Source: Octopus sinensis (taxonomy: Eukaryota). From it: a DNA stretch of 64,000 nucleotides. The DNA is taken from the NCBI RefSeq assembly GCF_006345805.1, contig NC_042998.1, positions 148,552,001-148,616,000 of the forward strand. The letters run 5' to 3'. The stretch's first letter is position 1. Each line of letters starts with the position of its first letter. Below the pieces are notes generated by a model. It saw nothing but the letters and a program-made list of their open reading frames with translations, ran no database searches and was not told where the DNA came from. Position numbers and translations under genes: made by a program. Positions 1 through 14,024 of the stretch are shown in pieces.

Positions 1-215
1 TTCATCCAATTCTGGTATCAAATTGTCTTTCAACAACTGGATGTATTTGACACTGTTCAAGTTACCGTCAATTTTAACCAACTTTCTTCAACGATCACTT
101 TTTATGTATCCTCAAAGCATCAGACTCTTATCCCCAAACTTTGCTGCTTTCCTCATGTAACGTGAGTCCGTTCTCTTTTCTGGAGGCCTTCTCACTAATA
201 CTCACTTATTAGAAA
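1..215 (-). mobile_element. Tc1-family transposase relic (DDE region), runs off the window edge
   Basis: Reverse-strand translation VLVRRPPEKRTDSRYMRKAAKFGDKSLML*GYIKSDR*RKLVKIDGNLNSVKYIQLLKDNLIPELDE matches the Tc1 motif VRR...RY...VK.GGGSVMVWG......G.LV.I.G.MN..KYI.IL..NL; two in-frame stops. Confidence 0.8.
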
Positions 216-339
216 GCGAAACGATCTGTGGCACGGAGTGATGCTTTTTAACGCATCGATCATTTTTTGTTTTTTCATCTCTTCCACATCTGAAAATTTT
301 GTAGCACCAGCTTTCGTCACTCGTATTGACCTTTGAAAA

Positions 340-952
340 AAGGGCCGGATCAACTTCCAACTCTTTTTCAGTTCACGAGACGCATTCAGTCGTGACTACT
401 TTTGATCTTCTGCGAGCAAGCGAGGCACAAATTTTGTCGCAAACCTTTTCATTCGCAATTCCTCGCTGAAAATTCGTTGGCAGAACCAACACACCAGTCA
501 TATCAACAAGTTCATCACTTGTTCGGTGACGATCCTCCAAGATCAATTCATGAATTTGCATGATACTTCCATTCGTTCGGGTGGTCGACGATCGTCTTGA
601 ACGAGATTGGTCTTCAAGCGACAAATGGCCATTCTTAAAGCGTGAACACCACTCGTAAACATGTATTTTGCTCATGGCAGCATCTTTGGAAGCTATTTGA
701 AACATGACAACTGTTTCGACCGCCGATATCCCCAGCAGAAGAATGCAGAATTTCACAGATGCACGCTGTTCCTTTGTTTCAGCCATCGTAAAAATCGACG
801 AACAGAGAAGTACTGCAAAACAAAAAGGCATCACGTGACAGTACGACTCCAATGGACGATGCCTGAGGGTCGAATCAAGTGGAATCTAGCGGTGAAATCC
901 TGAAGTACAATGGGTTTGTCCCACAGCGGATGTTTCCAGTTACTTTTGGGTC
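340..952 (-). mobile_element. mariner transposon relic: N-terminal HTH region plus probable 5' TIR
   Basis: ORF 373-852 contains MAETKEQRASVKFC...ETVVMFQIASKDAAMSKIHVYEWCSRFKNGHLSLEDQSRSRRSSTTRT...IHELILEDRHRT (mariner paired-like HTH, ATG near 786). A degenerate KKVCAKFVP follows after a frameshift. TIR-like sequence GGACCCAAAAGTAACTGGAA on the minus strand at about 933-952. Confidence 0.85.
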
Positions 953-1164
953 CGAGAAAATATTGATATATACAAAGAAGACACAAATCTTATGACTTCC
1001 CAAGATCGGATTCAACTACCAAAAAAGTTTTCAATCAGTAAATAATTGATAGCATATTAAGGTTCTCCACTAAAGAGAGTAAAAAGGAGTAGAAATATAC
1101 CGTAGTGTACTGTTATATAATAGACACATTATTCACAGATACGCATACTAATATACATATCTAT

Positions 1165-2490
1165 ATCGACCCTATCGCATCATCGACTCCCTCACCTGCG
1201 CCTCCAGCAATATCATCTATTGCATCTCCTGCTCTCTCTGCCATTCCCTGTACACGAACAAACGGGACGTCGCTTGGCTGACCGGTTCGCGGAACACCTC
1301 CGAGACATCCGCCTCGGCAATGACACCCCGGTCTCACGCCATTTCCGCTCCACCGGTCACTCCTTGCAACACCTGTCTGTGTTCGGATTGTCCTTGCACA
1401 GAGGCCATCCGGACTCCCGTTTGCACCGTGAACAGGGATTAATCTTCTTTCTTCGCTCTTTTACGCCATTTGGGCTCAACTCTCCTCCCCTCTTCATCTA
1501 ACCTCCTCCCCGACCCCTACTTCTCTTCACTCCTACATCTTTTCACCCCTGCTCTCTTTCCCTCTTCTCTCTTGCTCTCTTTCTCTCTTCTCTCTTTCTC
1601 TCTGCTCCCCCACTCTCCTTCTCTCCTCTCTCCTCTCTACACCCTCCCTCCTACTCTCTCCTACTTCTCTCTTACTCTCTTTCTCTCCCCTCTTCCCTCT
1701 TCCCTCTTACTCTCTTTCTCTCTTCTCTCTTTCCCTCTTCCCTCTTACTCTTTCCTCTCTTATTCTCTTTCTCTCTTCTCTCTTCTCTCTTTCCCTCTTC
1801 TCTCTTGCTCTCTTTCTCTCTCTCTCTCTCCTCACATACCCACCTTCCCCTCCCACCATAAGCCCACCCACCCTACATATTCCTACTCCACCTTCCCTAT
1901 CCTTCCCATCCCCCATCCTATTCCACACCCCTCCCCCACATACCCCACCCCTACCCCCACCCTCTGCCTACCCACAAACCCCAACCCTCAGCCGAACCCA
2001 TATCCCACCCGTGGTTACCCCACTCTCGCCTCCCCCACCTTCCAACAACATCACACCACACCACACTACACTATACAACATTACACATCACATCACAACA
2101 CACAACCCACACACCCATCCCCACATTTTCCCACCTACACATGCATACACGCACACGTCCAGACCACCAGCCCTCATTCACACGCACATACATACTCTAT
2201 TATACACACACGCACCTTCGTGTTGGGGGTCATCTTTATTTTGTTAACTCCCCTACTTTCCTTCTCGTGTGTGACCCTTCTGTCCGGCACTAGTCGCCAC
2301 AATAGATCGTTAGCCACTACACACATTTTTTTCTCTACTTGTTTCCTTCCTTGTTTTTCTGTGTCCCTTTCTGTAGAAGAGCGTAGGCTCGAAACGTAAA
2401 AGACTTTTTTCTATTCCCGAGCGTTATACTAATACATCTGTTTGTTTTGTACACCACCTGTCTTCGTGTTTTGTTTTTATCGTAAACTCT

Positions 2491-2494
<4 letters not shown>
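1165..2494 (+). mobile_element. Neptune-type Penelope-like element, heavily 5'-truncated (GIY-YIG C-terminus, CT-rich 3' region, 3' pLTR end)
   Basis: 1165-1500 aligns closely with 54279-54616 ([17 protein letters not shown]...[31 protein letters not shown]). A 1-nt deletion destroys the YIG motif and the stop is TAA at 1499-1501. The 3' end carries GAAGAGCGTAGGCTCGAAACG and ends in a (TA)n run. Confidence 0.9.
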
Positions 2495-2528
<34 letters not shown>

Positions 2529-2749
2529 TATAATATAGATAATTAAATATATTTACATACATATATAAACGTAAGCATGCATATCTATATGCATATTTAT
2601 TAAGTTTCAAAATTTGAATAGAAGTGCAACAAAAATCTCACAAGACGTTGCTAATTTCTCATTAGTTATCGTCCAAAAGATCACACATTTATAGCGATAA
2701 TATTGATCACTTAAGGTCACGTCAGCGGCGTGAAGCGAAATATAGGTAG

Positions 2750-2750
2750 G

Positions 2751-2820
<70 letters not shown>

Positions 2821-2891
2821 AATCAATCTGTCTGTCTGTCTGCCTGTCTGCATTTCTTTCTATCTGGCTGCCTGCCTGCCTGTCTGTCTGC

Positions 2892-2953
<62 letters not shown>

Positions 2954-2982
2954 GTCTGTCTGTCTGTCTGTCCGTCTGCCTG

Positions 2983-3047
<65 letters not shown>

Positions 3048-3075
3048 ATATAATATATATATATATATATATACA
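2750..3075. repeat. compound (ATCT)n/(GTCT)n/(TA)n microsatellite
   Basis: Directly visible tandem tetranucleotides. Confidence 0.95.
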
Positions 3076-3533
3076 CATACAAGCTGACATACCCAGTCAT
3101 TCCCGGAAAAGTGGGGCTTATAATCTGCTCCCGCTCTTATAATTGATTCGCTAATACCGAACCGTCTTATATAGGATTATATTTTAGGAAATCCCAATAA
3201 ATTATGAATACCAAAATCGTGAAGTCAGTTACGTAATAAAAGGCAAATTAATTACTCGATAGCAACAATTCTAATAAATTTGCCCTGAAAAGGGCTTTAA
3301 TGCATTCCCAGAGTATATAGAACGTAGGAAGAAATACCAATAAGGTATGTATGCCGAAATCGTGAAGCACGTTACTTAATAGGCAAAGCAAATATGAAAT
3401 AATAACAATTCAAAGTAAGTAAATCTGAAAAGTTCTTCATGCTGCGCCTGTCAAGTGGTGGAAGCGACTTCAAAGGCATCGTCATTCATGGTGTATTCGT
3501 GAATAAGTCAGTAACCGAAATAAGTCAGTAAAA

Positions 3534-3770
3534 AGGCGGCGAGCTGGTAGAAACGTTAGCACACCGGGCGAAATGCTTAGCGGTATTTCGACTGCCGCTA
3601 CGTTCTGAGTTCAAATTCCGCCGAGGTCGACTTTGCCTTTCATCCTTTCGGGGTTGATTAAATAAGTACCAGTTATGCACTGGGGTCGATATAATCCACT
3701 TAATCCGTTTGTCTGTCTTTGTTTGTCCTCTCTGTGTTTAGCCCCTTGTGGGTAGTAAAGAAATAGAAAC
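3534..3770 (+). mobile_element. tRNA-headed SINE (octopus OR-type family), full length with target-site duplication
   Basis: Head AGGCGGCGAGCTGGTAGAAACGTTAGCAC...GTTCTGAGTTCAAATTCCGCC (Pol III A/B-box-like); body GCCTTTCATCCTTTCGGGGTTGAT...AAGTACCAGT; flanking 21-nt direct repeat; related copies elsewhere in the window. Confidence 0.85.
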
Positions 3771-4094
3771 AAGTCAGTAACCGAAATAAGTTGAGGAAAA
3801 TATTATGTACTTGTTTAAGGGGTGTTTTGGGTAAAGTGCGAAAATAACCCTAACAGTTCAAATACTATAAAATAAACAGTTCAAATACTAAGAAATAAAC
3901 GTACTCAACTTGATACCAAATAAAATGTAATATTTTGAAATTTTTTGTACAGTTGTCATTGTACAGTACGTTAATTGCAAAATTTGCAAATAAGTTGTGG
4001 CATTGATATTTCCATAACCCATGGTGAAATTTTACTCAAGTTTGTTTTAAATAAAAGCTCATAAGTAGGTCTACGAAATAACATTAAATTTGTA

Positions 4095-4301
4095 TACTCT
4101 TTACTTGTTTCAGTCATTTGACTGTGGCCATGCTGGAGCACCCCCTTTAGTCGAGCAAATCGACCCCAGGACTTATTCTTTGTAAGCCTAGTACTTATTC
4201 TATCGGTCTTTTTGGCCAAACCGCTAGGTTACGGGGACGTAAACACACCAGCATCGGTTGTCAAGCGATGTTGGGGGGACAAACACAGACACAGACACAC
4301 A

Positions 4302-4350
<49 letters not shown>

Positions 4351-4499
4351 CGACGGGCTTCTTTCAGTTTCCGTCAACCAAATCCACTCACAAGGCTTTG
4401 GTCGGCCCGAGGCTGTAGTAAAAGACACTTGCCCAAGGTTCCACACAGTGGGACTGAACCCGGAGCCATGTAAGCAAGCTACTTATCACACAGCCACTT
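4095..4499 (-). mobile_element. tRNA-headed SINE with internal (TA)n(TG)n microsatellite
   Basis: Minus-strand head GTGGCTGTGTGATAAGTAGCTTGCTTA...GGTTCAGTCCCACTGTGTGGAACCTTGGGCAAGTGTCTT; the 3' part is nearly identical to 39416-39575. Confidence 0.85.
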
Positions 4500-4899
4500 C
4501 TTCGCCTATATTAACTTAGGACAGGGATTAGATTGATAATATCACTGACCTTGTCTGACCACTTCTTGTAAGAAAGTACGCGTAACTTAGAACGTACACG
4601 TATTTATACAAAGTAACCACTGGTAATCGGTCACTCTAATGATATTGTTTCTCTAATAAATGAAGGTAGAAATGAGGACAAAGAAAATGAATGGGTTATT
4701 CTCCCTTGGGCGTTAAAAGAAAATAGATGGGTCATATCTGGACCCCTCCTAAGGACCCTACCAGTCCAATTATAGATTTTTTATTAAAATGCAATGAGCC
4801 TATTAACAAACTGGATGTTGGTTTAACATATATAAAAAGATTCATGATGATTAGTTAACGGGTTTAGACGGCAACTTGACACAAACAGAAAACCAAACT

Positions 4900-4903
4900 A
4901 AGT

Positions 4904-4958
<55 letters not shown>

Positions 4959-5457
4959 CATACAGATATACACATAGGTATAACAGATATGATCATATAT
5001 ATGTATATCTATATACATACGTACATATATGTTTTATGTATGTATCTATCCTATTCATGAATATATATATATGTATATACATGCATATATATATATATAT
5101 ATAAATATATGCATACATACATTCATACATACATACATGCATACATACATACATACATGCATACATACATACATGCATACATATATACATACATACATAC
5201 ATACATACATACATACATACAGGATGCCATACAAGTTGCTGGACTGAACATAATCCTCTTTAAAATCTCCTTACAATCGCCATTCTATTTGCAGTCTTTG
5301 TTCCGTCTTTTATATTTTCTTTTATCTTCAGTATTATCTATCGTTTTCTCTGCTCTCGCCTGTTGTCTGCGCATATAATCATACATACATACATACATAC
5401 ATACATACATACATACATACATACATACATACATACCTACATACATACATATATATA

Positions 5458-5530
<73 letters not shown>

Positions 5531-5541
5531 ATATATATATA

Positions 5542-5576
<35 letters not shown>

Positions 5577-6077
5577 CACACATAAAATATATGAATGCAT
5601 GCATACGCACACATATATACATATGTGTGCGTATGTATATATATTAATATGTAGATAAACATAGATACGCACGTACTTGTGTGTGTATGTGTGTGCCTGT
5701 ATTTGTGTGTGCGTGTGTGTGTATGTGTGTGTGTGCGTGTGCACGCGTATATATTTGCATACATGTATATGCGTCTAGAAATGTTTATGAGTAGAGATAA
5801 ATATATACAAAATATTTATGCTTAACGTTTAGATCATCGCATCGCATCGCATAAGTAAGCATATATACATATATATATATATAATATATATAATATATAT
5901 ATATATATATATAATATATATATATATATATGTTAGTATTATATATATATATATACATATATATTATATATATATACATGTATATATATACATATATGTA
6001 TATATATGTATATATATGTCTATATCTGTATATATATATATCTGTATAATATATATATATATATATGTATATGTATA

Positions 6078-6158
<81 letters not shown>

Positions 6159-6182
6159 TATATATATATATATATATATATC

Positions 6183-6213
<31 letters not shown>

Positions 6214-6600
6214 ATTATATATATATATATATAATATAATATATATATATTCATATACAAGCCCGCGCGTGTGTGTGTATGCTTATATCTATGTATATAC
6301 ATGCGATGAAACTTCTAGTCACTGTAAGCTACTGAAATTTTCAATATCCTCTAAGCTAAAAATACATACATATACACAGGAATATATTCATCGTTATATA
6401 TACGTTTCTATAATTTATACATATATACATATATACACATACATATATATGTTCCTATATACACCGTTATATATAATAATCCTTTTCGAATATAATTGTG
6501 CGTGTGTGTATGTATATATATATATGCACACGAATATAAGTGTGCGCGCGTGTGTGTGTGTGTGTGTGTGTGTCTTGTGTGTGTGTGTGTGTTAGAAAAG
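4900..6600. repeat. large compound (TA)n/(ATAC)n/(TG)n microsatellite field
   Basis: Directly visible; source of the many YIYI/MYVC ORFs. Confidence 0.95.
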
Positions 6601-7091
6601 TGTGTAGACATTTTGACCTTCTCAATAATTCTTTCATAAGCTTTTAACCTTCATATTTTTCTCGAAGTTTTTGTCATCAAAACGGATTCAGTATTTTGTA
6701 GACATAGATCTGGATGCTTAAGAAGGACAGCGTATAATAAGAGACCCGTAACCATGGTGATATAATCCGTGTGAACATCCAATATATATATGTGTGCAAG
6801 TGTGTCTTTTTCTTTGAATGTGAGTTTGCATTCTTTCATATGTTCATGTGGACGTATATTCATTGTGTGTATGTTATGAGTGGTCATGTTGTGTTCCTAT
6901 ATATCTGTTTGTGTGTTCTGACTATGCGTTGATTGTGTAAAATTTAAACGTAAAGTTTATGTGTATATTTGTAGATGTGTGCGTGTATTTTGCTTTCGAA
7001 AATGTTCTAACGTGTAAGGACATGTTAATGCTTGTATGTGTATGTGTATGATGTATGCATGTATGTACGCATGCATGAATGTATATGTGTG

Positions 7092-7133
<42 letters not shown>

Positions 7134-7749
7134 AATAAATTTAAAGACAGATAACTTGGCAGATATTTTTCTTTAAGAAATCTGTCAAGGCTTTCCAAAA
7201 GAACCTTCACACACGCACATATATGTGTGCTTGTGTTTTCGATTGTGTGTGTTTGTCTGTGTGTGCGTGTGCGCGTGCTGTATGTGTGGATGTGTGTATG
7301 CATGTGTTTTTGTATGTGGTAGTGTGCATGAGAATTCATATGTATGTGTGGGTGTATGTTTAGCGAATGCCTTGGCATGAAATTTTAAGAGCTGCGTTAA
7401 TCATGTTGGAATCTTAACTAAAATAAATATCATGGACATACACTCGTAAACACTCAATCACACCCCCGCATGTATACACATTTATATAAATATGCATGTT
7501 TATATTATATAGAATATATAATATATATATATATATATTATATATATATATATTATGTATGTATGTATATGTATGTATGTATATTGTGTATGTATATATG
7601 CATATCTATATATATGTATATATATACACATACATATACACATATGCTCGCGCGTGTAAATGTTCACATTATAAAGTCGATGTATGCGAGTGCATGTATT
7701 TGTCTGTGTGGCCAAATGGAATGTTGACAATCACAAACAGAAATATGGA

Positions 7750-7787
7750 TAATGATGATGATGATGATGTTAACAATCAACAATAAC

Positions 7788-7821
<34 letters not shown>

Positions 7822-7838
7822 TTAATATTCAAAAGAAA

Positions 7839-7895
<57 letters not shown>

Positions 7896-7935
7896 CATAA
7901 TCATAATAATAATAACAACAACAGCAACAATTAAA
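7750..7935. repeat. (GAT)n/(AAT)n trinucleotide microsatellite
   Basis: Directly visible. Confidence 0.95.
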
Positions 7936-8034
7936 TAAAAATATAATTATCAGAAAAATCCCTCAAAACATTCTGTCGTAAAAAGCTAATCGAAGGACAG
8001 AGAAAAATATTGCAAAGGGAATGGATGGAAGATG

Positions 8035-8092
<58 letters not shown>

Positions 8093-8621
8093 GGAGTTAG
8101 AAAAATATCAATCAATAAAAAAACAAACAAAATATGTAAATACCACAAAAACAACAGAAAAACTGAACAATAATACTGTAGGAAAATCTGTTGCTTAAAG
8201 CATAAACTGTGTTCAATGATTGACCGTTAACCTTTTAAATCTCCGTCATTAATCCCTCCGACCACTGCTGTATAAACACATGATTGCTACGAGGCTAACA
8301 CCAAATATGGTATATAAAATAATAACCCACATATATTTCTTGAAACACATTCTTCTCTCTGGCCACATCTCCCCATCGACCACTTTCCATATGCTCCCAG
8401 ATTAACAAGGTTTCTAGTTTCTATATACAAAATGATGTCAATTCATTTTTTCAGCGATAAGTCTCTTTTCCTATATTATCGTATTTGGTTGTTTTGGTTG
8501 CAATATTTTGTCAGTTTCCGTGTAAGAAATTACTTGTAAGGTGCCTGTATCATGTCTGTCTTTGTGTCTCCCCAGTACACATACATACATACGTACAGAT
8601 ATATATATATATATATATATA

Positions 8622-8722
8622 TTGTTGAATTTTCTGCTGCTTTAAATAAAGCATATTACTCTACCACTGGTATTTGAGTACTCTTTTTTCCACCTTGTTT
8701 CACATTTATGTGTTTACTCCGG
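8622..8722 (+). mobile_element. short copy of the hammerhead-bearing PLE-type repeat (3' part only)
   Basis: TTGTTGAATTTTCTGCTGCTTTAAATAAAGCATATTACTCTACCACTGGTATTTGAGTACTC...GTTTACTCCG is near-identical to 31540-31638; flanked by (TA)n. Confidence 0.85.
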
Positions 8723-8759
8723 ATATATAATAATATATATATATATATATATAATATAT

Positions 8760-8841
<82 letters not shown>

Positions 8842-8899
8842 TATAAAATAAATATAAGAGAGTGGTCACTATATGGCTCACTCTAGCACCAGTATACAT

Positions 8900-8985
<86 letters not shown>

Positions 8986-9070
8986 GAGAGAGAGATTTTT
9001 TCTCAAAGAATTAAGATTGAGTAAAAAACCTTTTTATAATCCATCCATCCATCCATCCATCCATCCATCC

Positions 9071-9130
<60 letters not shown>

Positions 9131-9218
9131 GTCTGTCTGTCTGTCTGTCTGTTTATATATTTATCTACCTATCTATCTATTCACCTCGATGCATGTATCA
9201 GCATGTATCATCTTAGAT

Positions 9219-9452
9219 CATTGCTTCTCAACCGGAGTCTGTATGACCCTTGGTGGTCATACAGTTTAACTGCAATAAATTGGTTATACTTCTACAATAC
9301 ACAAAACATTTTAACAATATTTTTATACAATTCCTTATAATATTCAATTATAAAAATATGAAATTTTTAAAAAATCGTATGGCTAGGAGGGCCCATCCAA
9401 CTAGAATATGAAGGAATCATAAACAACAAAAAAAAAAGGCTGAGAAATACCG
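9219..9452. mobile_element. non-autonomous hAT (Charlie-like) MITE
   Basis: Imperfect TIRs CATTGCTTCTCAACC ... GGCTGAGAAATACCG; 8-bp flanks TCTTAGAT (9211-9218) and CGTTAGAC (9453-9460) resemble a decayed hAT TSD. Confidence 0.6.
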
Positions 9453-12319
9453 CGTTAGACGATAGGTGTTTAAAGCACAAGCGAGATTCACCAGTATAAG
9501 ATGACTTCGCGAAACCGCGATGTTTCGACCTCAATGCTTCTCCTCTCAGTCAAAGCTACCCTCCGAACAATGAACCTAACAAGAATACAGGTTCTTGTTT
9601 ATAGAAATTAACTACAAAGAATTTGCTGATGCGTGCTGATGTCTACTAAACATAATAATCCCCGAGTTGATTGAAAAACAGCAATGATCAGATATATCCC
9701 GCTCGCAAAACGTATTACAATGATGAGATACATTATTATTTGGTTTCTTACTGTTTTACATTCACCTCATGCTTTTTTTACAATAATTAAATTTTAAATA
9801 ACTAATTTCAGAGGCATTCAGAGAAGGTGTGAATTCTTTAAAGCAACAATGTTTTAAAAATCCGCGTTGAATCTGAATATCTCTTGAGACTTAGTAGAAC
9901 GAGAGCTATTTCTCTGCTGATTTAAATAAGAGATCATTAAAAGTGTAGGCATTGATAAACTGTGCCTTATAAAAAAAACAGAAAGTACTGGCTGGAATAG
10001 TTTCTATCCTAGTCCTACTCCATCAGCGATGACCAATTGCTAAATACCATCATTAAAATATGAAAGCAGCCGTACACGAAAAATACAATTCAGAACAATG
10101 GAAACTTTATTATAATTCACTATCTCAGTCATAGTAAAATCCACATTTAATAACATCACCACCAACCACTGAAATACATATTCCTCCATCAGCTACTACA
10201 AATATTGATGCTACTCTAAGTAAACGAAGGAAAACCAGTTGAGTCGCTATACCATCTTAAAAATATTTTGCTTAAAAATGTAAGAATATGTTGGGCAATG
10301 TAGTTCTAAATACAAGAAAGGCGGAATGGTCACTATTGGGATATTTTTGATTATAAGATCTGTTGAGAACTGATTTAGAGCTAAGCAACAACAACCACTC
10401 CACCAGCAGCGATAATAACGACCAATATCGCCATTTACAATTTTAAAAACACATTACACCTGACTTCAACTTTCAACATAGTAGATATAAGGTATATCAG
10501 AAGCACTTGGTCTGTGGATCAAATCCTGTCATTTCCTTCACTGTGTACCTGCCACACGTTTTGAGCAGGGATCGACAAGCCACACAATAACGAAAGCCAC
10601 ACAACAACAACAAATAACAATCAAATCACTACCTGAACAACACCAACATAAACTCCGCAAAATCTCGAAAAACCTCGTTGGTATCACCTGTTATGTTATG
10701 AATTAAAGATGCAACCTCTAGATAACTCATACACTGACAATAAAAACGGATTTGATAATTTAGCCTGGAGTATATTGTGCCCGAAAAAATATGTTTTTAG
10801 TCTCAGGTGGAAAAAGTTTAATGAAAGGCCTGCTTGATCAAGGTTGGCTTGGGACGAAACAACAATGACTATAATAACAACAACAACAACGACGACGACG
10901 ACGATACGACTAAAAACATCAACAGTCACAACTATAAACAACAACTGCAACGGTAATAGCGCCAATAGCAGCAATAAGAAAGCAACATGAACAACCGCAA
11001 AAGTAACAACGACAGTAATAACTACGACAACAAACAACAACAACAGCAACAACAACAGCAGCAGCAGATGCAGCAACAATAACAACAACAATATCCCTTG
11101 GTAATCACTCTAACACACCATCACTTCAATGACTTCATTGCTAGAACACGTTCAGCATCAACCACTAATCATCCCTTCTGTAATTTTCCTCATCATTATC
11201 ATCATCATCGTCAACACCATTTCATAATTCATTTCACCATCTCATTCATCATCATTATCATCGGCAGCATGATAATTTGGAACCAATATAAATACTTCTT
11301 TCACTCACCTTACCCTCCACTACCCCTTTCTTCTCCTCTTCTACTTCGTCGTCTTGGTTGCCACCGTGGTGGTGGTCGCCGCCATCATGGTAATAAAAAG
11401 GTGTAGCCAGAAGGCCAGAGCCGATAATCCTGCTCAAAAGCCCAATAGTTTGCTGTCGTCGTGATAAATCGACAAACGACGCTGTGCATGCAAGCAGACT
11501 GGTCTCTGGTGGAGCATGTATAGCCGTGTGGTGAAGAGAGAGAAAGGGAGAGAGCGTGTGCGGAAGAAAGGGAGAGATACAGATACAGAGAGAGGAAGAT
11601 GGTGTAGCGAGGCGATGGGGTTGTGGTCAATTAAGGGAATAACTCTATGGTGGAGAAAGGAGTAAAATAGAAGATATGGATAGATAGATAGAAAGATATA
11701 TACATAGATAGATAAGAGAAAAAGAGGGTGAGAGAAACAGAGATAGAGAGATGCGGAAAGAAAGAGAGGGAGAAACAATAGGGCGTAGTGGGTAGAGAAA
11801 CTAGGAAAATGATAGGTTTTGAGAGGGAACATTATGGGTTTGGGTATTTGAGAAAACTGTTTGCGGGGAATGGAGTAAAGTGAGAGAAGGAAAAATTGAA
11901 AACGTAGAGAAAATAGTGGGGGGGAGATAGATAGATAGATAGAGAGAGAGAACGATAAAGAGAGAATAAACGTAGTAAATGTGAATGAGAGAGGAGATAG
12001 GTTCCTAGGAAGATTGAGGAAAGAATAAAAGCCTCAAGGAAATAGAAAGAGAAGCAATATGAAAAGGAGATGAGATGGGGGAAGAAAGGATGAGAGACAG
12101 CGGGAGGAGGGATATATTGGGAAAGAGAAAGAAACTAAGAAATAAGAAGTAACGGAGATGGGAAACAAAATGATAGAGAACTGAATGATCAACAGAAGAC
12201 AAAGCATAAAAAGCTACACTATATGTGTATGTTCACATGTGGCCACACGAACGTGCATCCATATATACATGTACATGCACATACGCATGTATGTGTAAAT
12301 ATATATATATATATATATA

Positions 12320-12401
<82 letters not shown>

Positions 12402-12624
12402 TATGTATGTATGTATACATATATACATGTGAGTGTATATTTGTATGTATATATATGTGTTTATATGTAGGTATATATGTAGGTTTATATGTTCGTACTA
12501 AATTTGACGGGTTTTTGTCTCTTTTTTTTTTGTCAGGAGTAGCTTGAAGTATTGGTGAACAGTCAGCAGCGTTAGAGTGCATAAAGATTAAAGTTGTAGT
12601 TGAAGAGAAGTTAGCTGACATAGC

Positions 12625-13195
12625 GGGCTTGAAGTCATCTGAATATTAGAGAAGTGTTACTTGTATTACCAAGTAGCAAAATGCCGACATCATGACTGTT
12701 GCTCAATGCTCTGTGAACATTAAAGTCTGTAAAAAACGTGACATAGACAGCAGCAACGGGCAGTAGGAAGGCTAGACTTTGGATGTGTCGCCAGTGAGGG
12801 TGCTGCCATGTCACTTCACATCATTGAGAAAGGACTTAAGCTCAATTCGGACGGTTAAATGAGGTTACTGGAGACTGTGGTCAAACCCTGGTTAGAAAGG
12901 GTTCGGTTCCTTGCCATATCTCCAGAAAGAGTCAGACGTCGTAGTGGGAGAATTTCTAACACATAACTAGCCCCAATTTTTGGCCTCCTAATTCCTTCAA
13001 ATTGTAATCCCATGGATTATTATTATTATGGGGTGTAGTTGAGAAAGACACCAAGGCCGAGATGGTAGCCAAGATCAACGAGGTGTTTGAAGATCTTACC
13101 AAAGACAGTGAGAAGCACTAGGTTCCGGAGCCGTCTTTAGGCCGTGGTGAAGCTGAGGTCCTGTTGCCTTCAGTAAACTGTCGTCGCCCAAGTTA
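12625..13195 (+). mobile_element. maT/DD37D-like (Tc1/mariner superfamily) transposase relic, internally deleted
   Basis: Frameshifted translation gives GCVASEGAAMSLHIIEKGLKLNSDG*MRLLETVVKPWLERV, then NFWPPNS...CNPMDYY..GVVEKDT...KAEMVAKINEVFEDL...RFRSRL.AVV.AE. These are the WPPNSPDxNPxDY and C-terminal motifs of this group. Confidence 0.75.
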
Positions 13196-13311
13196 ATATT
13201 TTTTTAATGTATTTTTTTCTTGATAGCGTATTGTGTTCTCTTTGCCTTTTCTGCAAACTCTGAAGTTTGGCTCAAGAATTATGTATATGTATATATACTT
13301 ACGCAAACAAA

Positions 13312-13392
<81 letters not shown>

Positions 13393-13584
13393 GCATATAC
13401 ATGTGTATGTGTGTATGTGAATGAGTGTGTGTGTGTATGTGTGCGTGTGTATTAGGTTTGAAAGAAAGCTATGTTGCCTTTTTTATATGATCATCACTTT
13501 GAGAATAACTCTTCAATACTTCCGGTAAAATAAATATTTTTACATTTTAATTTTTTTTTTCTTCACAGATTACTTTATACCATA

Positions 13585-13697
13585 GTGATTAAATTCGAAT
13601 CGATTTTCCCTTGCCTTTCATCCTTTCAGCCCTGAAGTTGATGTAATCAACTAGTCCACTACAACAAAATTTCAAGCCTTGAGACAACATTAGAAAG

Positions 13698-13715
<18 letters not shown>
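13585..13715 (+). mobile_element. degenerate partial SINE (same family as 3534-3770)
   Basis: TTGCCTTTCATCCTTTC...GATGTAATCAACTAGTCC...AAAATTTCAAGCCTTG matches the family body and tail. Confidence 0.55.
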
Positions 13716-13731
<16 letters not shown>

Positions 13732-13933
13732 TTCTCTTTATCACACTATTCTGGCCGTGCAAATGAGGCAAACCTTTTGTAACAGTTCTACTGGGCACTC
13801 TATTCCAGTTTTGTTTATATTCCTCTTGATGCCATCTGATACTGTTCACAAAGACCCAATAATAATTAGCACTATCTTCATCTTCTTCATTTTCCATAGT
13901 CGGGCTATTTCGTACTTAAGAGGGTTATATCTG

Positions 13934-14022
<89 letters not shown>

Positions 14023-14024
14023 GC

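Noticed and set aside
1-215. In-frame TGA codons in the Tc1 relic (and R4 relics) as possible selenocysteine or recoding
   Set aside because: They replace expected Trp/Gly codons and co-occur with frameshifts or TAA/TAG stops elsewhere, which indicates ordinary decay.
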